Shown here piece by piece: positions 1 to 10,565 of a DNA stretch of 26,713 nt; within the stretch, counting starts at the first letter, position 1; every line of letters begins with the position of its first letter. A program made the translations under genes and the position numbers. Source of the stretch: a virus. Its lineage: Duplodnaviria; Caudoviricetes. The notes below the pieces were generated by a model, which did not search any database, was not told the origin of the DNA, and worked only from the letters and a program-made list of their open reading frames with translations. The DNA lies in the IMG/VR virus record IMGVR_UViG_3300044267_000635, positions 1-26,713 of that record; one strand, written 5' to 3'.

Positions 1-1
1 T

Positions 2-76
2 GTAGACAATAGAGATGAAGAAGAACTACTAAAGCAACAAGAGGCGCTTAGTAGAATGGAGGAAGAAAATGCTTGA
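2..76 (+). CDS. 3' end of an unknown protein (partial, runs off the left edge)
   Basis: Open frame 2 reads VDNRDEEELLKQQEALSRMEEENA-stop; TGA at 74-76 overlaps the start of the next ORF (ATGCTTGA). Confidence 0.55.
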   Translation, partial: VDNRDEEELLKQQEALSRMEEENA

Positions 77-449
77 AGATCAATTAAAAGAACAGTTGCA
101 AGAACGCAAAAAGAAATGGTGGGCATGGCATAAAGATAACCCTCAAGTATGGAAAAAGTTTGAGGAATATACTCTGCAAGCTATTGAGAGTGGTAGGAAA
201 AAGTATTCACAATGGGCAGTTATTAATCGTATTAGGTGGAACGCAGAAGTAGAAACTAAAGGTGGGGAATTTAAAATCAGTAATGACTATATATGTTTCT
301 ATGCAAGGTTATTCCATGCTCGTTATCCAGACTACAATGATTTCTTTAGCTTAAAACCTCTTAAAGAGGAAAAGATGATTGCCGAATTAGTTACCGAGAG
401 AAACTCTTGGGACATCAGCTCTCTGCCTGAGAGCAGGAACAATAGCTAA
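69..449 (+). CDS. Conserved phage hypothetical protein
   Basis: 126 aa; GGAGG upstream; pattern HxxNPxVW..F...GRxxYS..VINRIRW...FKISND...YARLF...P..FF resembles a widespread small phage protein of unknown function. Confidence 0.75.
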   Translation: MLEDQLKEQLQERKKKWWAWHKDNPQVWKKFEEYTLQAIESGRKKYSQWAVINRIRWNAEVETKGGEFKISNDYICFYARLFHARYPDYNDFFSLKPLKEEKMIAELVTERNSWDISSLPESRNNS

Positions 450-3400
450 TCTTCTATCTCGTCTAGCTTCTAATTCCCTCAACATATCTGCTTTAACCAT
501 AGGGGATATATCTGTTCTCCTAAGTAATCTATCTCTCTGCCTTCTCCAGTTTTCCATAAACCTATTAATAGCATTAACTTGACCCTTAACATTAAATAGA
601 CCTCTGTGATGCTCTCTATAAGCCGCTAATTCATCCATTCTTCCTTGTTTTCTTAAATCATTAAGGGTAGTAGTTGCACCTTGCACTTCTTCTCTTAATT
701 CATAGAAAGATTGTTGCAGTCCTCCGCCTTTATCATTGTCAATTAAGAACCTTTTTATTACAGGAATACTATTAATGTTAGGTGGCATTAGAGGAGTGCC
801 TGTAACGCTTCTGGCAGTTACATCCATTAAGTCTAATAAATAGCCTCCTAGCGTGCCTGTATAGCCTTGTATTAAGTGTTCTAGTTTCATGGGGGATATA
901 TTAAAAAACTCCCCTATAACCCTAGCTATTTCATTAGTTGATTGTCTAGCTTGATAGGCTGGCATTTCTTTTTGTTTGTAGTATGGAACTATCTCTGTGT
1001 TAGTCCATGAATTTCTATTTATTATTATCTCAAACAAAGGCTTAACCGCTTGTATGCCTATATCTCCGCTTAAAAAAGGAACATTAGCTGATGTTCCAAT
1101 TTGTCTTTTTATAGACTCGAAGGGATTTTTTTCTACTTGCCTGCCTATATACTCGTCTATAAGTCTTTCTGGTAAAGCCTTAAACAACATTCCTACTTCA
1201 AACGGAATAGGCAGTTTAATTGTATAATCAAATGGAGTTGGTATTAACCAGTTGTCATCTCTAACTTCTCTTTTAACCTCTTTGTATTCATCTGTATCTG
1301 AAACCATTGCATAATAAGCAGCAGTAATTGCAAACAGAATACTGCCTCTAGCCCAAAAACCCCTGATAATTCTGCTCTGAACATCCTCTAAAGTTTCTCC
1401 TTCTCGTTGTTTTTCTATTGCAGAATATTGCCCTGATGCTGAACGCCACAAGACATCGAGACCTTGTATTCTTGCATTAAGAAAAGGAACAGCCGAAGTT
1501 AAATATCTGAACATAACTGAATTGCCTCTACGACCAAAGTTAATAATCTCTAACGCTTGATAGGCGGCTTCTGATTGAGCTTGAGCCTCTGTAGCTCCTC
1601 GTTCTTTTAAGTCGTTATAAACAGCTTTATACACACCTAAACGAGTTGCTCCGTCTGATTTAGTTGTTAGTCCTCCTAAACCATCCCAAATTTTAAAAAA
1701 GGCATCTTTAGCTGTTATTCCGTTATCAGGTGACAGTCCTTCTTTTCTTCTGGCTCTAGCCATTAACTCAACAATTTCACCTTCGTCATTGGCAAAGTCA
1801 TAACCACCGATAATTCCAAACCTTTCTAGGTCAGACATATCATCCATCATTCCTTTAAATGTATCTACAATAGGAGTGAATTTACCTTCGCCAAAACCAA
1901 TATTACCAGCTGTAACAGCACTAGATAAAGTATCTCTAAGAAGGTTTACAACAACAAATCCTGGGTCTCTTGTTACTGTATCTCTTAATAATCCCGCAGG
2001 TGCTTGTAATATTTTTGTTATTAAGTCTGTGCTTACACCACCAATACCTCTCATGGCTTCATAAACTTCATAGTCATCTACTAAATAAAATTCTTTTCTG
2101 CCATTTTCAAATACTGGTATTGAGATTTGTCCAGAAGCTTCTTTAGCCGAGACCTTTCGAGCCATTCCGTTGTCAACAAAGTCTCTCATTAGTTTAGCTG
2201 CGCCATCATTTTTCATGGAGGCAGTCAAAATTGATAATGAATTTCTTGCTATAGCTTCTAAGGGAGGTACATTTATTTCTTTTTCAGAACCCTTCATGTT
2301 TATATTTAAAGGGTTGTTAGGAAGCATACCACCACCTATTTTTGGCGCAGTAATATCCCCTGTTTCATCTACCATATCCCTGTAAAAAGGATAATAACTG
2401 GAATGTTCTCTCCATAATTCAGCTTGTTCTGGACTTAATAAACCTTTAGATTCAGCAAAACTAATTAACGCATTATTCCAATTTTGATAGTTATTATAAA
2501 CTTCTACTACTACAGGAAATCTAGCTTCTATTTCTGCTATTTGTTCTAAATCTTGTGAAGTAATTGGTGAGGCTATCTCTTTACCCTGTTCATTTAAGCT
2601 CTTTTGTCTTTTAAGTTTTCCATAAACTCCAAACACACCTTCTAAATCAACACTAGGGTCCATAAATAATGGAGCTGTAAATTGCATAAAACCGCCAGTT
2701 CCAGTATCTCCATCTATAAATGGGTTGTAACGAGTACTTATTTCAAAATCTACAACCTTTGTTAATGAAGGCATCCCATTAATTTTATCGACAGGAACGC
2801 CCTTTAAAAGCATTTGATTAAATATACCTCTTGCTTTATCTGCCAATCTAAGTGCAGCTATTGCAGACGTATCAGCTAAATTACTAAATAAACCTGCTTC
2901 TTCATTGCCAAATCCCCTATCGCCTAATTTAATTTGTGCTTTTACTATTGGATCAAGTTTATCTACTAAAGCCGTTCTAAAACTACTGAAAGCTTTTTGT
3001 ATGGTTACGCTATCATCTGTTTCATCAAGAAGCCTAGCACCCCAAGATTTCTTATGTTTATATGTAGGTTGACCAATTCTTTCAGCAGTGTCTTGTAAAA
3101 ATTCAGGCAATGTAGGTCTGGAATATCTTGGAATATCATCAGGAGCTTCTACGGAAGCATCTTCATTAAAGTCAATAGCAGCCTTTAAAGCCACGTCAGA
3201 GGCGTTTACATTGTAATATGGCACTTCACCTCTAGGTGTACGCTTAACGATCTCTACAGCCTTTTCTGTGGCTTCTCTGAGCTTTATATTTTCATTAGTA
3301 TTTTTATTATCTGCAAACCTAGTTCCTCTTGAGAATAAAGGTATTTGTCCTGGTTCAGGAGAAGGCAATCTATCAAACTGTTCTTGTAATGAATCTCTTT

Positions 3401-6400
3401 CAGCATACAATTTATTTAATCTGATATTCAGTTTTTTCAAATTAGCTTGACTCATTAATGCACTTTCTTGTCTTTTCTCAGACTCAAGAGGCATTATTCT
3501 TCCTTCAATTTCACTCAACTGATTTAATATTTGTTGTTGCTCTGGAGTAAACCTTCTTCCCATTGCATAGTTTTCTGGCGTAGTTAGAGTTATATCCGAA
3601 AATGTTGCTCTATCAGAAATTACATCACTTATTTGTTGTTGACTAAGACTGGTTATTTTTCCAGCTTGAGATAAAAATTCTGAAAAAGCAGTACCTTGCT
3701 TTGCAGGTATATTAAGAAGCTTTCTAATTGTTTCTGTAAATTTATCCCATAAAGATTTTTTTCCTCTGGGAGAATATGGTATTGACTCCATAAATTTTTG
3801 AAACTCTCTATCAGTAAGACCAACCGCCAAAAGTTCATCTATATTTGATAACCCATATTTAACATAAAAATCTCTTTCTGTTTCAGGAATCTTTGCAAGC
3901 TCTTGCCTAAGTTTTGTTCTTATTTTTTCTAATTCTTTTACATTTTCTCTAAGCTTAGGATTTGATCTTGAATAAAAAACAGCAGCTTGTGTAGCTTGAT
4001 GAACTAACTCATGCAAAACTGTTTCATATTCAACTCCAGATTTACTAATAGATGGTGTATCATTTATATAAATCTGCATGGTTTTTTGTCCATTGTAATT
4101 AAATGGACCTATTGAAACCCCAAGCCAGTTTTGTAATCCTTTACCTCTATGAATATCTAATCTTTGTGTACCTTTACTAATAATTGTAAAACCTAAATCT
4201 AGCTTACCTATACGTTTAAATTTTTTAAGCTGAGTGAGTAACCTATCTGCTATAACTTTATAATCTTTACTTGGTGCTTTCTTTGAAAGACTTTCAAGAA
4301 CAGATATAGTGTCGTGCCTTTCATTGCCAAACTCTGCTAATAAAGCCCTTCTATCTGCTTCAAGTTCTTCTGGTGTTAATGTTCTTTTATTATAAACACC
4401 TTTACCACTACGCCCCAAACCACTAGGGGTTAATACAACTCCAGTTATAGGATCAGTGTCAGCCTCTACATCTTCAAATGTAGAAACAGGAGTACCAATG
4501 GTGTTTTCACCATAATCTTCCGCAACTTCTTGTGGATCATATACAGGCGCTTCGCCTTCCTCAAATTCCTGTACGACAGGAGCATCAATAGCTTCTGGAG
4601 ATAATTTATCAAGTTCTCGTAATGTTCTTATTTCCCCTCTAGCTCTTGCTCCAACTCTACCAGACTCTATTTCACTAAATACATCAGTGGCTTTTTTAAA
4701 CCCAGCAGTACGCATAGCTTGTCCCATAGACCTAAAGAACTCTACTATTTTATTAAGTATGCCATTTGCTTTTGGAGCTATATCTGGTTTGAAATTCCTA
4801 GCTCTATACATTTCTGCTATGGCTTCTTCTACATAAAGTTCTTCTTTAAACTGTTCATTTCGACCTACTAATTCAGGTCTGGTTTCATTCATGTCTTTTG
4901 CACGTGCATAAAATGTACGACCTTTAAATTTAGAATCAAACCCTTCTGGAACCTTTTTACGTTTAACTTCTTTTCTTAGATATTGATATTCCTTTTCACT
5001 AATTAAATCCTTTTCACGAAAAGCATGGATCATTTCATGGTCTAAAACCTTTTCTAATTTATCTTTTATTTGATCTGGAGTGGCATTTCCGTCTGGATTA
5101 ACTGCATTAAGGGAAAGAAATATAATGTCAGTATTTCTATCATACTCACCTTCTACAGCTCCTTCTGTAGCTGTTTGTCTTAAACCTCTAGGATCAAACA
5201 CAATGCCTTCTGATGTTCTAGCTAAAGCTGATGTAGATAAAATATCATTACTTACCACAACTCCAGTCTCACTTAATCCTCTTTCGTTTAATATCTTTTT
5301 AAGCTCTTTAGCAAAAACATTTGTTCTGCCTTCTTCAATAGCTTCATTAAACTTAATAAATTTAGGTTCTATTTCTTCTGGCGGTAAAAATTTTCTTTGT
5401 TTAGTAATTTCATCTTCTACTAATTGTTGTATAGTTTCTTCTGGGAGTTTTCCTTCCCTTCTTAATTTATCGCCAAACTCTTGTGGAGTTTCATTAAATC
5501 CTTCTATTCTCCTAGCAATATCAAAATCATGGTTTTTTCTTATTTGATATTTATTAGTTCCTTTAATTTTTTCTGCTCTACCGCTATCAACTAAATCGTT
5601 AATAAATTGTTCTGTTGCTATTTTATCTTTAGCTGTAACGCCAACTTTTAAAAGATCATCTACAGTAAACTGAACATTTCTACTTCCCATAGACGCAACA
5701 AAATTGGCAACATCTTGTCCCGTATATTTTCTAGGTCTAAAGTCTGGGAATTTAGTTCGGTTATTGAACTTTTCAAAAGAATGGAGTCGTGCTAAAAATA
5801 ATTCTTTTACGCCACGATTTCTAGTTTTTGATATATCGGCAGTACCAGTCCAGCGTAAAGCTGCGTATCTAACCGCAGGGTCTTTGAAGTCTAAATCTAT
5901 ATTTTTGGAAGCTGCTATATCCTTAATGTATTTTAAGTTTACATTAGGTTTTTCTTTATCAGCAATTATTGAAGGTTGGGATTCCGTTTCTGATCTTTCT
6001 GTTGCTTGGAAAACTTCAGCAGTCCAGTCTCTTAAAAGTGAGTTATAGTCTTTAGCAGATAAAACTTTTTTTACTTCTGCCATTGAATAACTGGCTTTTA
6101 AATCTAATCCTTTACTATTAAGATATTTACTGGTTTCTGTAAGAAATGATTTTTTTCTATCAATCATTTCACTTGGAACATTTTTTCCAAACCATCCAGC
6201 TTCTTTTCTTTCAGCAGCGAATTTCTTTTTTAAATCATCTGAAAGCCTAGAATCAAAATCTATTAAGCTTTGAAGATTAATCTCTGTACTGTTAGGATCA
6301 AGTATTGTGCTTCCAATTTGTAGTGCAACTTTACTTTTTGGCATACCTAAAGCATAAGTAGCATTAGCTGTATCTACTGCAAGTTGCTCTCTTAAAAAAT

Positions 6401-7559
6401 TAGTTTGTTGTTTATTTTTAAATACTAAAGCGTCAGCTTCACCTTCAAATGTTTGTATTACTGGACTTTCTGTTGCATTAAGATCAACTACAGAAAATTT
6501 ACCATCTGGATTTTGTATTACTTCTAAAGCTGGTGATGTTCCTACAAGAGCAGGAATTGGAATTTCTGGTTTAGTTGCAACAGGCTGGTCTTGTATTTCT
6601 TCTAAAGTTCCTTGAGTAACACCTTCTTGAAATTTATCAGCAGAATTAAGATTAATTCTGTTATCTCTGGCTTTTTGTTCTTGATCCCTTAAATAATTTC
6701 TGCCTCTGCTTCTTCTTGAAACTGAGTTAAGAGCTAAATCAGCTATAAAACCAACACCACCACCTACTGAGAAATCATCCCATGCACTTTCAAATATAGG
6801 AAGATCATCACTGTATAATCCTCTTGCCAATAATCGTTGCGAAATACCAGCAATCATTTCTTGACCTGCCTCTATTCCACCTTGTTGAACCGCAGAGATA
6901 AGCATATTTCTTATATCTGGGTATCTTAAAGCGTTTTTAGGAACTCTTTTTAACAATCTTTCTACAGGGATTAATTCAGTAGCCCCTATTAATGCTCCAC
7001 CAAGTTCAGCAATAACTTCTTTTATTGGTCCTATTTCTGTGCCACTTTCTCTAGCCTCTTGCATAAATTCAGCAGCTTCTGAAACACCGCCTGGTCCAGC
7101 TAGAGCATAAGGTAAAGTAATTGTAGGCTGTAATACTCTAGGTAAATTTGCACCTACGCCTCTAGCAGTTAAAGCTCTGCCAGCTAAACCTGCGCCTACA
7201 AATGGAATTAAAGAGCCTAAGCCAGCACCGATTTTAGTGCTATATAAATCTTGATAAGCAGGATCACCAGCTAGCGGACCTTCAGTTCTCCATTCTTCTT
7301 GTTGTTTTAAAAAATGTTCCGTCATGGGACTGTCGTTTCCCATGTCAAATAATTGTGAAAGCGCTATAGGAACTCTTTGAGCAGTGCCTACAACTTCTCT
7401 AGGAAATGCTTTTGCAAACTCTTTAATCTGTCCTAATGTGTCTGTTTGGTTTATATCTTCGCCATGTACGGCTAATATTGCTTTAGCTAAATAATCTCTT
7501 TCTGCGGGATCGGCAGGTATATTATATTTCTTTCCATCTTTGGTTTCATATATAGACAT
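387..7559 (-). CDS. Large polyvalent / ejection protein with two zincin-like metallopeptidase motifs and an LPD38-like C-terminal domain
   Basis: 2390 aa; G/A-rich hydrophobic N-terminus; LDHEMIHA..EEAIAE and LHELVHQA..NIDELLA motifs; C-terminal VPFLNARIQG, DNWLIP..IKLPIPFEVG, SPMKLEHLIQGYTG resembling LPD38; last gene of the ejection cluster. Confidence 0.8.
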   Translation of the reverse strand: MSIYETKDGKKYNIPADPAERDYLAKAILAVHGEDINQTDTLGQIKEFAKAFPREVVGTAQRVPIALSQLFDMGNDSPMTEHFLKQQEEWRTEGPLAGDPAYQDLYSTKIGAGLGSLIPFVGAGLAGRALTARGVGANLPRVLQPTITLPYALAGPGGVSEAAEFMQEARESGTEIGPIKEVIAELGGALIGATELIPVERLLKRVPKNALRYPDIRNMLISAVQQGGIEAGQEMIAGISQRLLARGLYSDDLPIFESAWDDFSVGGGVGFIADLALNSVSRRSRGRNYLRDQEQKARDNRINLNSADKFQEGVTQGTLEEIQDQPVATKPEIPIPALVGTSPALEVIQNPDGKFSVVDLNATESPVIQTFEGEADALVFKNKQQTNFLREQLAVDTANATYALGMPKSKVALQIGSTILDPNSTEINLQSLIDFDSRLSDDLKKKFAAERKEAGWFGKNVPSEMIDRKKSFLTETSKYLNSKGLDLKASYSMAEVKKVLSAKDYNSLLRDWTAEVFQATERSETESQPSIIADKEKPNVNLKYIKDIAASKNIDLDFKDPAVRYAALRWTGTADISKTRNRGVKELFLARLHSFEKFNNRTKFPDFRPRKYTGQDVANFVASMGSRNVQFTVDDLLKVGVTAKDKIATEQFINDLVDSGRAEKIKGTNKYQIRKNHDFDIARRIEGFNETPQEFGDKLRREGKLPEETIQQLVEDEITKQRKFLPPEEIEPKFIKFNEAIEEGRTNVFAKELKKILNERGLSETGVVVSNDILSTSALARTSEGIVFDPRGLRQTATEGAVEGEYDRNTDIIFLSLNAVNPDGNATPDQIKDKLEKVLDHEMIHAFREKDLISEKEYQYLRKEVKRKKVPEGFDSKFKGRTFYARAKDMNETRPELVGRNEQFKEELYVEEAIAEMYRARNFKPDIAPKANGILNKIVEFFRSMGQAMRTAGFKKATDVFSEIESGRVGARARGEIRTLRELDKLSPEAIDAPVVQEFEEGEAPVYDPQEVAEDYGENTIGTPVSTFEDVEADTDPITGVVLTPSGLGRSGKGVYNKRTLTPEELEADRRALLAEFGNERHDTISVLESLSKKAPSKDYKVIADRLLTQLKKFKRIGKLDLGFTIISKGTQRLDIHRGKGLQNWLGVSIGPFNYNGQKTMQIYINDTPSISKSGVEYETVLHELVHQATQAAVFYSRSNPKLRENVKELEKIRTKLRQELAKIPETERDFYVKYGLSNIDELLAVGLTDREFQKFMESIPYSPRGKKSLWDKFTETIRKLLNIPAKQGTAFSEFLSQAGKITSLSQQQISDVISDRATFSDITLTTPENYAMGRRFTPEQQQILNQLSEIEGRIMPLESEKRQESALMSQANLKKLNIRLNKLYAERDSLQEQFDRLPSPEPGQIPLFSRGTRFADNKNTNENIKLREATEKAVEIVKRTPRGEVPYYNVNASDVALKAAIDFNEDASVEAPDDIPRYSRPTLPEFLQDTAERIGQPTYKHKKSWGARLLDETDDSVTIQKAFSSFRTALVDKLDPIVKAQIKLGDRGFGNEEAGLFSNLADTSAIAALRLADKARGIFNQMLLKGVPVDKINGMPSLTKVVDFEISTRYNPFIDGDTGTGGFMQFTAPLFMDPSVDLEGVFGVYGKLKRQKSLNEQGKEIASPITSQDLEQIAEIEARFPVVVEVYNNYQNWNNALISFAESKGLLSPEQAELWREHSSYYPFYRDMVDETGDITAPKIGGGMLPNNPLNINMKGSEKEINVPPLEAIARNSLSILTASMKNDGAAKLMRDFVDNGMARKVSAKEASGQISIPVFENGRKEFYLVDDYEVYEAMRGIGGVSTDLITKILQAPAGLLRDTVTRDPGFVVVNLLRDTLSSAVTAGNIGFGEGKFTPIVDTFKGMMDDMSDLERFGIIGGYDFANDEGEIVELMARARRKEGLSPDNGITAKDAFFKIWDGLGGLTTKSDGATRLGVYKAVYNDLKERGATEAQAQSEAAYQALEIINFGRRGNSVMFRYLTSAVPFLNARIQGLDVLWRSASGQYSAIEKQREGETLEDVQSRIIRGFWARGSILFAITAAYYAMVSDTDEYKEVKREVRDDNWLIPTPFDYTIKLPIPFEVGMLFKALPERLIDEYIGRQVEKNPFESIKRQIGTSANVPFLSGDIGIQAVKPLFEIIINRNSWTNTEIVPYYKQKEMPAYQARQSTNEIARVIGEFFNISPMKLEHLIQGYTGTLGGYLLDLMDVTARSVTGTPLMPPNINSIPVIKRFLIDNDKGGGLQQSFYELREEVQGATTTLNDLRKQGRMDELAAYREHHRGLFNVKGQVNAINRFMENWRRQRDRLLRRTDISPMVKADMLRELEARRDRRLAIVPALRQRADVPRVSLGN

Positions 7560-7571
7560 TGCTACTTTTCC

Positions 7572-9152
7572 TTAATTTGCAGCCGCTTTTTCTAAAGCAC
7601 TGTAATAACCCTCTCTTTCACTTTCTTTTAGTGGTGTATATGGAACTCCCATTAGTTCAGTCCATCTTCTATAAGCAGCATCAATACGATTCTGATATTC
7701 TGCAATTACTCCTGGATTTCCCTCCATAGATTCTCTTTCATCTTCTATAAGTTTTTGATAGGTCTCTATCATAGATGCCAATTGATTTGGCTCCATATTT
7801 TTAATATCTGATCGGTACTTATCTGTTTGAGCTTTATATAAATCGCCCTGTATTCCAGATAATTTTTCTTTCATTCTTCTGTCTTGTATTGACCCAGCAA
7901 GACCAGCAATACCAGCGCCTAATTCACTCATGTTTCTGGCACCCATAATAATACCGCCAAGTTGTGCTATATCTAAACCTTCGGCTTGTGGTAAGAATGA
8001 AGCCAATCCTTTTTTCTCAGCTGTACCTGTATCTTGTCTTTTATTAATATCAGCCAATAGCTCATTTAATTTATCTTGAGTTGTTTTAACAACCTCTTGT
8101 TCATTTGATTTTGAAACTGCAATTTCATCATCAGTCATATAGTTATAAGCCATATTTGCGCCAACAAGACCTGTACCTGTGATACCAAGTCTGGTAGCAC
8201 TCGGTATTCTAGCTGAAACACTAGGGTCTCTCATTGTAAACCCTTGTCCTCGCACTATTTTTGGATTAGGTCTAGTAAGCAATGGAGAAACACTAGGATT
8301 AGCATACCTTGCGGTTGTTGAACCTGCTTTCTTTGCTCCTTCGGCTGTAGCTGTTAGTCCTCTTTTAGTAGCTTCTAGCGCTGCACCAGAACGAATTGCA
8401 CCTACACCAGCTTTACCTGCAAGGGCAAGACCTTTTAATGCAGCAGTACCAGGAATAGCCCAACTCGCATCCATTAAGACATTGCTCCAATCAACAGAGC
8501 CTAGTCCTTCTCCTTCGTCTGTATATCTTTCTCTAGCCCAACTCCCTGCTCTATCTAACCAACTATCTTCTTCTGGTGTATCAACGCTAGGAACACTAGG
8601 AGAAGATACTTCTGTTAAATCTACTGGTCGATTAAGACCAGTATCTACAGCTGGTAATGGCTGTTGTGTTCTTTGTTGTGTTTGAGAATAAATTATTGCT
8701 TGTGCAATTTCATCCTCTGACATTCCTGTTGGATCAATATTTAAACTAGCTAATAGCTCCCTTCTAGCATTTGGTCCACTATATGTGGAATATGCAGTCC
8801 TACCTGTATTTTGGTACCCTGTTCTTCCACCGCTAGCCATTTGTTGCATAGGTGAAGCAGGCATAGCTGGTGGAGAGAAAACATCGGTATTACCCGACCC
8901 ACCAGCGTTCATACCTGCTAATCCTTGTTGGGGTTGTGCGTATTCAGAAACCACTTCATCAGCCACTGTCATTTGTGGTTGATTCATTGCAGCTTCTTGT
9001 GCGTTATACATTTTTTCCATTTGTGTTCTGCGTTGTATTTCGCTCAACACCAAATACTGTGGGTACCTAGAATCAGGATTCTGACTCATTTGAATAAGCT
9101 GATCTTTAGGGACGTATTCTAATTCTTCTGCTACTTGTACTAAATTTGCCAT
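7572..9152 (-). CDS. Putative internal virion / DNA ejection protein
   Basis: 526 aa, low complexity (A/G/Q), amphipathic segments, MASGGRTGY motif; lies between other ejection-like genes. Confidence 0.6.
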   Translation of the reverse strand: MANLVQVAEELEYVPKDQLIQMSQNPDSRYPQYLVLSEIQRRTQMEKMYNAQEAAMNQPQMTVADEVVSEYAQPQQGLAGMNAGGSGNTDVFSPPAMPASPMQQMASGGRTGYQNTGRTAYSTYSGPNARRELLASLNIDPTGMSEDEIAQAIIYSQTQQRTQQPLPAVDTGLNRPVDLTEVSSPSVPSVDTPEEDSWLDRAGSWARERYTDEGEGLGSVDWSNVLMDASWAIPGTAALKGLALAGKAGVGAIRSGAALEATKRGLTATAEGAKKAGSTTARYANPSVSPLLTRPNPKIVRGQGFTMRDPSVSARIPSATRLGITGTGLVGANMAYNYMTDDEIAVSKSNEQEVVKTTQDKLNELLADINKRQDTGTAEKKGLASFLPQAEGLDIAQLGGIIMGARNMSELGAGIAGLAGSIQDRRMKEKLSGIQGDLYKAQTDKYRSDIKNMEPNQLASMIETYQKLIEDERESMEGNPGVIAEYQNRIDAAYRRWTELMGVPYTPLKESEREGYYSALEKAAAN

Positions 9153-9158
9153 TATTTT

Positions 9159-10565
9159 TTAACCCCTCCCTAATCCTCTATATAGACCTAATCCACTTAA
9201 TCCTGCACCTAATGCAGTCTGGAATAATCCTGGTTGTTGTTGATATGTACTTATTGTTTGTTGTGGCTGTACTGGTACACCTCTTAATAGACCGCCAAAC
9301 ATACCAAGCTGTCTTTGTGTCCAGTCTCTTTGACGCATGAAATCTTCATATCCCATGTCTAATCCTGCTTGTCGTAATGCTCTTTGCTGCATACCAATAT
9401 CGCCTAGCAATGACATTCTTGAAATAGCATCTTGTTGCCTTCCTTGACCTGCCTGCATAAGTCCTTGAGCAGCTGCCATGTTATATCGACTAGAAAGATC
9501 ATAAGCGCTTTGTCTGAATTTTTCTTGTGCTTGTCTGCCTGCTTGTTCAATTTGTTCAGCTGATAAACCAAGTTTAGCTGCTTGCTGTCTAGCTGCTTCA
9601 CCAGCTTGATAAGCTTGTATGCTTTGTGCGCCAGATGCTTGCATAGCCTGTTGTGTTGCACCAAAAGCACTTTGACTAAACTTCTCTTGAGCCTGTCTTG
9701 CAGCTTCCTCTTGTTGTTGTGCATTTAGACCCATAGCTGCTGCTTGTTGTTTAGCTTGTTCTCCAGCATTAAATGCTTGTTGAGCTAATTGTTCTTGAGA
9801 TTGGAAGGCTTGTTGTTCTGCACCAAATCTTCCTAAACCAAATTGTCTTTCAGCAGCTAATTGTGCTTGGGCATTTTCATAAGCTGCCTGTGAGCCTCTT
9901 TGTTGAATATCTCCAAGCTGTTGTGAAAGCCCTCTCTCTCTTTCGGCTTGCATAATAGCTTCACGATAACCACCGAGTCCTCCAGATGCTGCTGCTGCAT
10001 CTTCTATCCTTTTGCTAGCAATATCTGATTGTCTTACAGCTTCTCTTTTTTGTATATCAGTAACATTTTGCTGATACGGAGACATAAATCTTTGTATATT
10101 TTGTTCATATCCTAATGGATCAACACCTTGCCCTGCTCTATATTGAGATTCTCTTGTACGAGCAGCATATCCAGGATCAAATTGACCAGCTTGATACCCA
10201 CTACCATAAGCAGCTCCTTGATAACCAGCAGGTCCTTGTGCTGCTGTATATCCAGAATCAACATCTCCTTGTGTAAATTGTCCAGCAATTCCTTGTTGGC
10301 TTCCATATCTACCTGATGCGTCTATAAATTCTTGTGGAGTTCCTGCTTGTGCAAAGCCTCTTACCATAGCTTGTGATTGCAATTCATCAGGAGAAAAATA
10401 GGCTAAACGCTGACCACCATAAGGTGTATATCCTTGTAATGATTCAGCTTCACCTCTTTGTAAGAGCCTCTTAAAATATGGCTCAACGTATTCAGGTAAA
10501 TCAGTGCTATAAACTGTTTGTTCGGTTGGGGCTGAACTTCCTCCGCCTCCTTTAAACTTTCTCAT
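9159..10565 (-). CDS. Putative DNA transfer / ejection protein (positionally like P22 gp7)
   Basis: 468 aa, Q/A/G-rich; N-terminal KGGGGSS..QT...LPEYVEPY; C-terminal hydrophobic Gly-rich tail PGLFQTALGAGLSGLGLY; follows a gp14-like gene. Confidence 0.65.
   Translation of the reverse strand: MRKFKGGGGSSAPTEQTVYSTDLPEYVEPYFKRLLQRGEAESLQGYTPYGGQRLAYFSPDELQSQAMVRGFAQAGTPQEFIDASGRYGSQQGIAGQFTQGDVDSGYTAAQGPAGYQGAAYGSGYQAGQFDPGYAARTRESQYRAGQGVDPLGYEQNIQRFMSPYQQNVTDIQKREAVRQSDIASKRIEDAAAASGGLGGYREAIMQAERERGLSQQLGDIQQRGSQAAYENAQAQLAAERQFGLGRFGAEQQAFQSQEQLAQQAFNAGEQAKQQAAAMGLNAQQQEEAARQAQEKFSQSAFGATQQAMQASGAQSIQAYQAGEAARQQAAKLGLSAEQIEQAGRQAQEKFRQSAYDLSSRYNMAAAQGLMQAGQGRQQDAISRMSLLGDIGMQQRALRQAGLDMGYEDFMRQRDWTQRQLGMFGGLLRGVPVQPQQTISTYQQQPGLFQTALGAGLSGLGLYRGLGRG
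9501..9776 (-). repeat. Intragenic 54-aa-period repeat (two 38-aa copies)
   Basis: AFNAGEQAKQQAAAMGLNAQQQEEAARQAQEKFSQSAF (9663-9776) vs AYQAGEAARQQAAKLGLSAEQIEQAGRQAQEKFRQSAY (9501-9614); offset 162 nt. Confidence 0.85.

Noticed and set aside
997-6048. Plus-strand ORFs antisense to the 2390-aa gene (997, 1876, 2170, 3268, 5080, 5704) and the same-strand alternate-frame ORF 3653-3838
   Set aside because: Shadow ORFs: S/L/F-rich, no clear RBS, fully nested in a long gene with recognisable motifs
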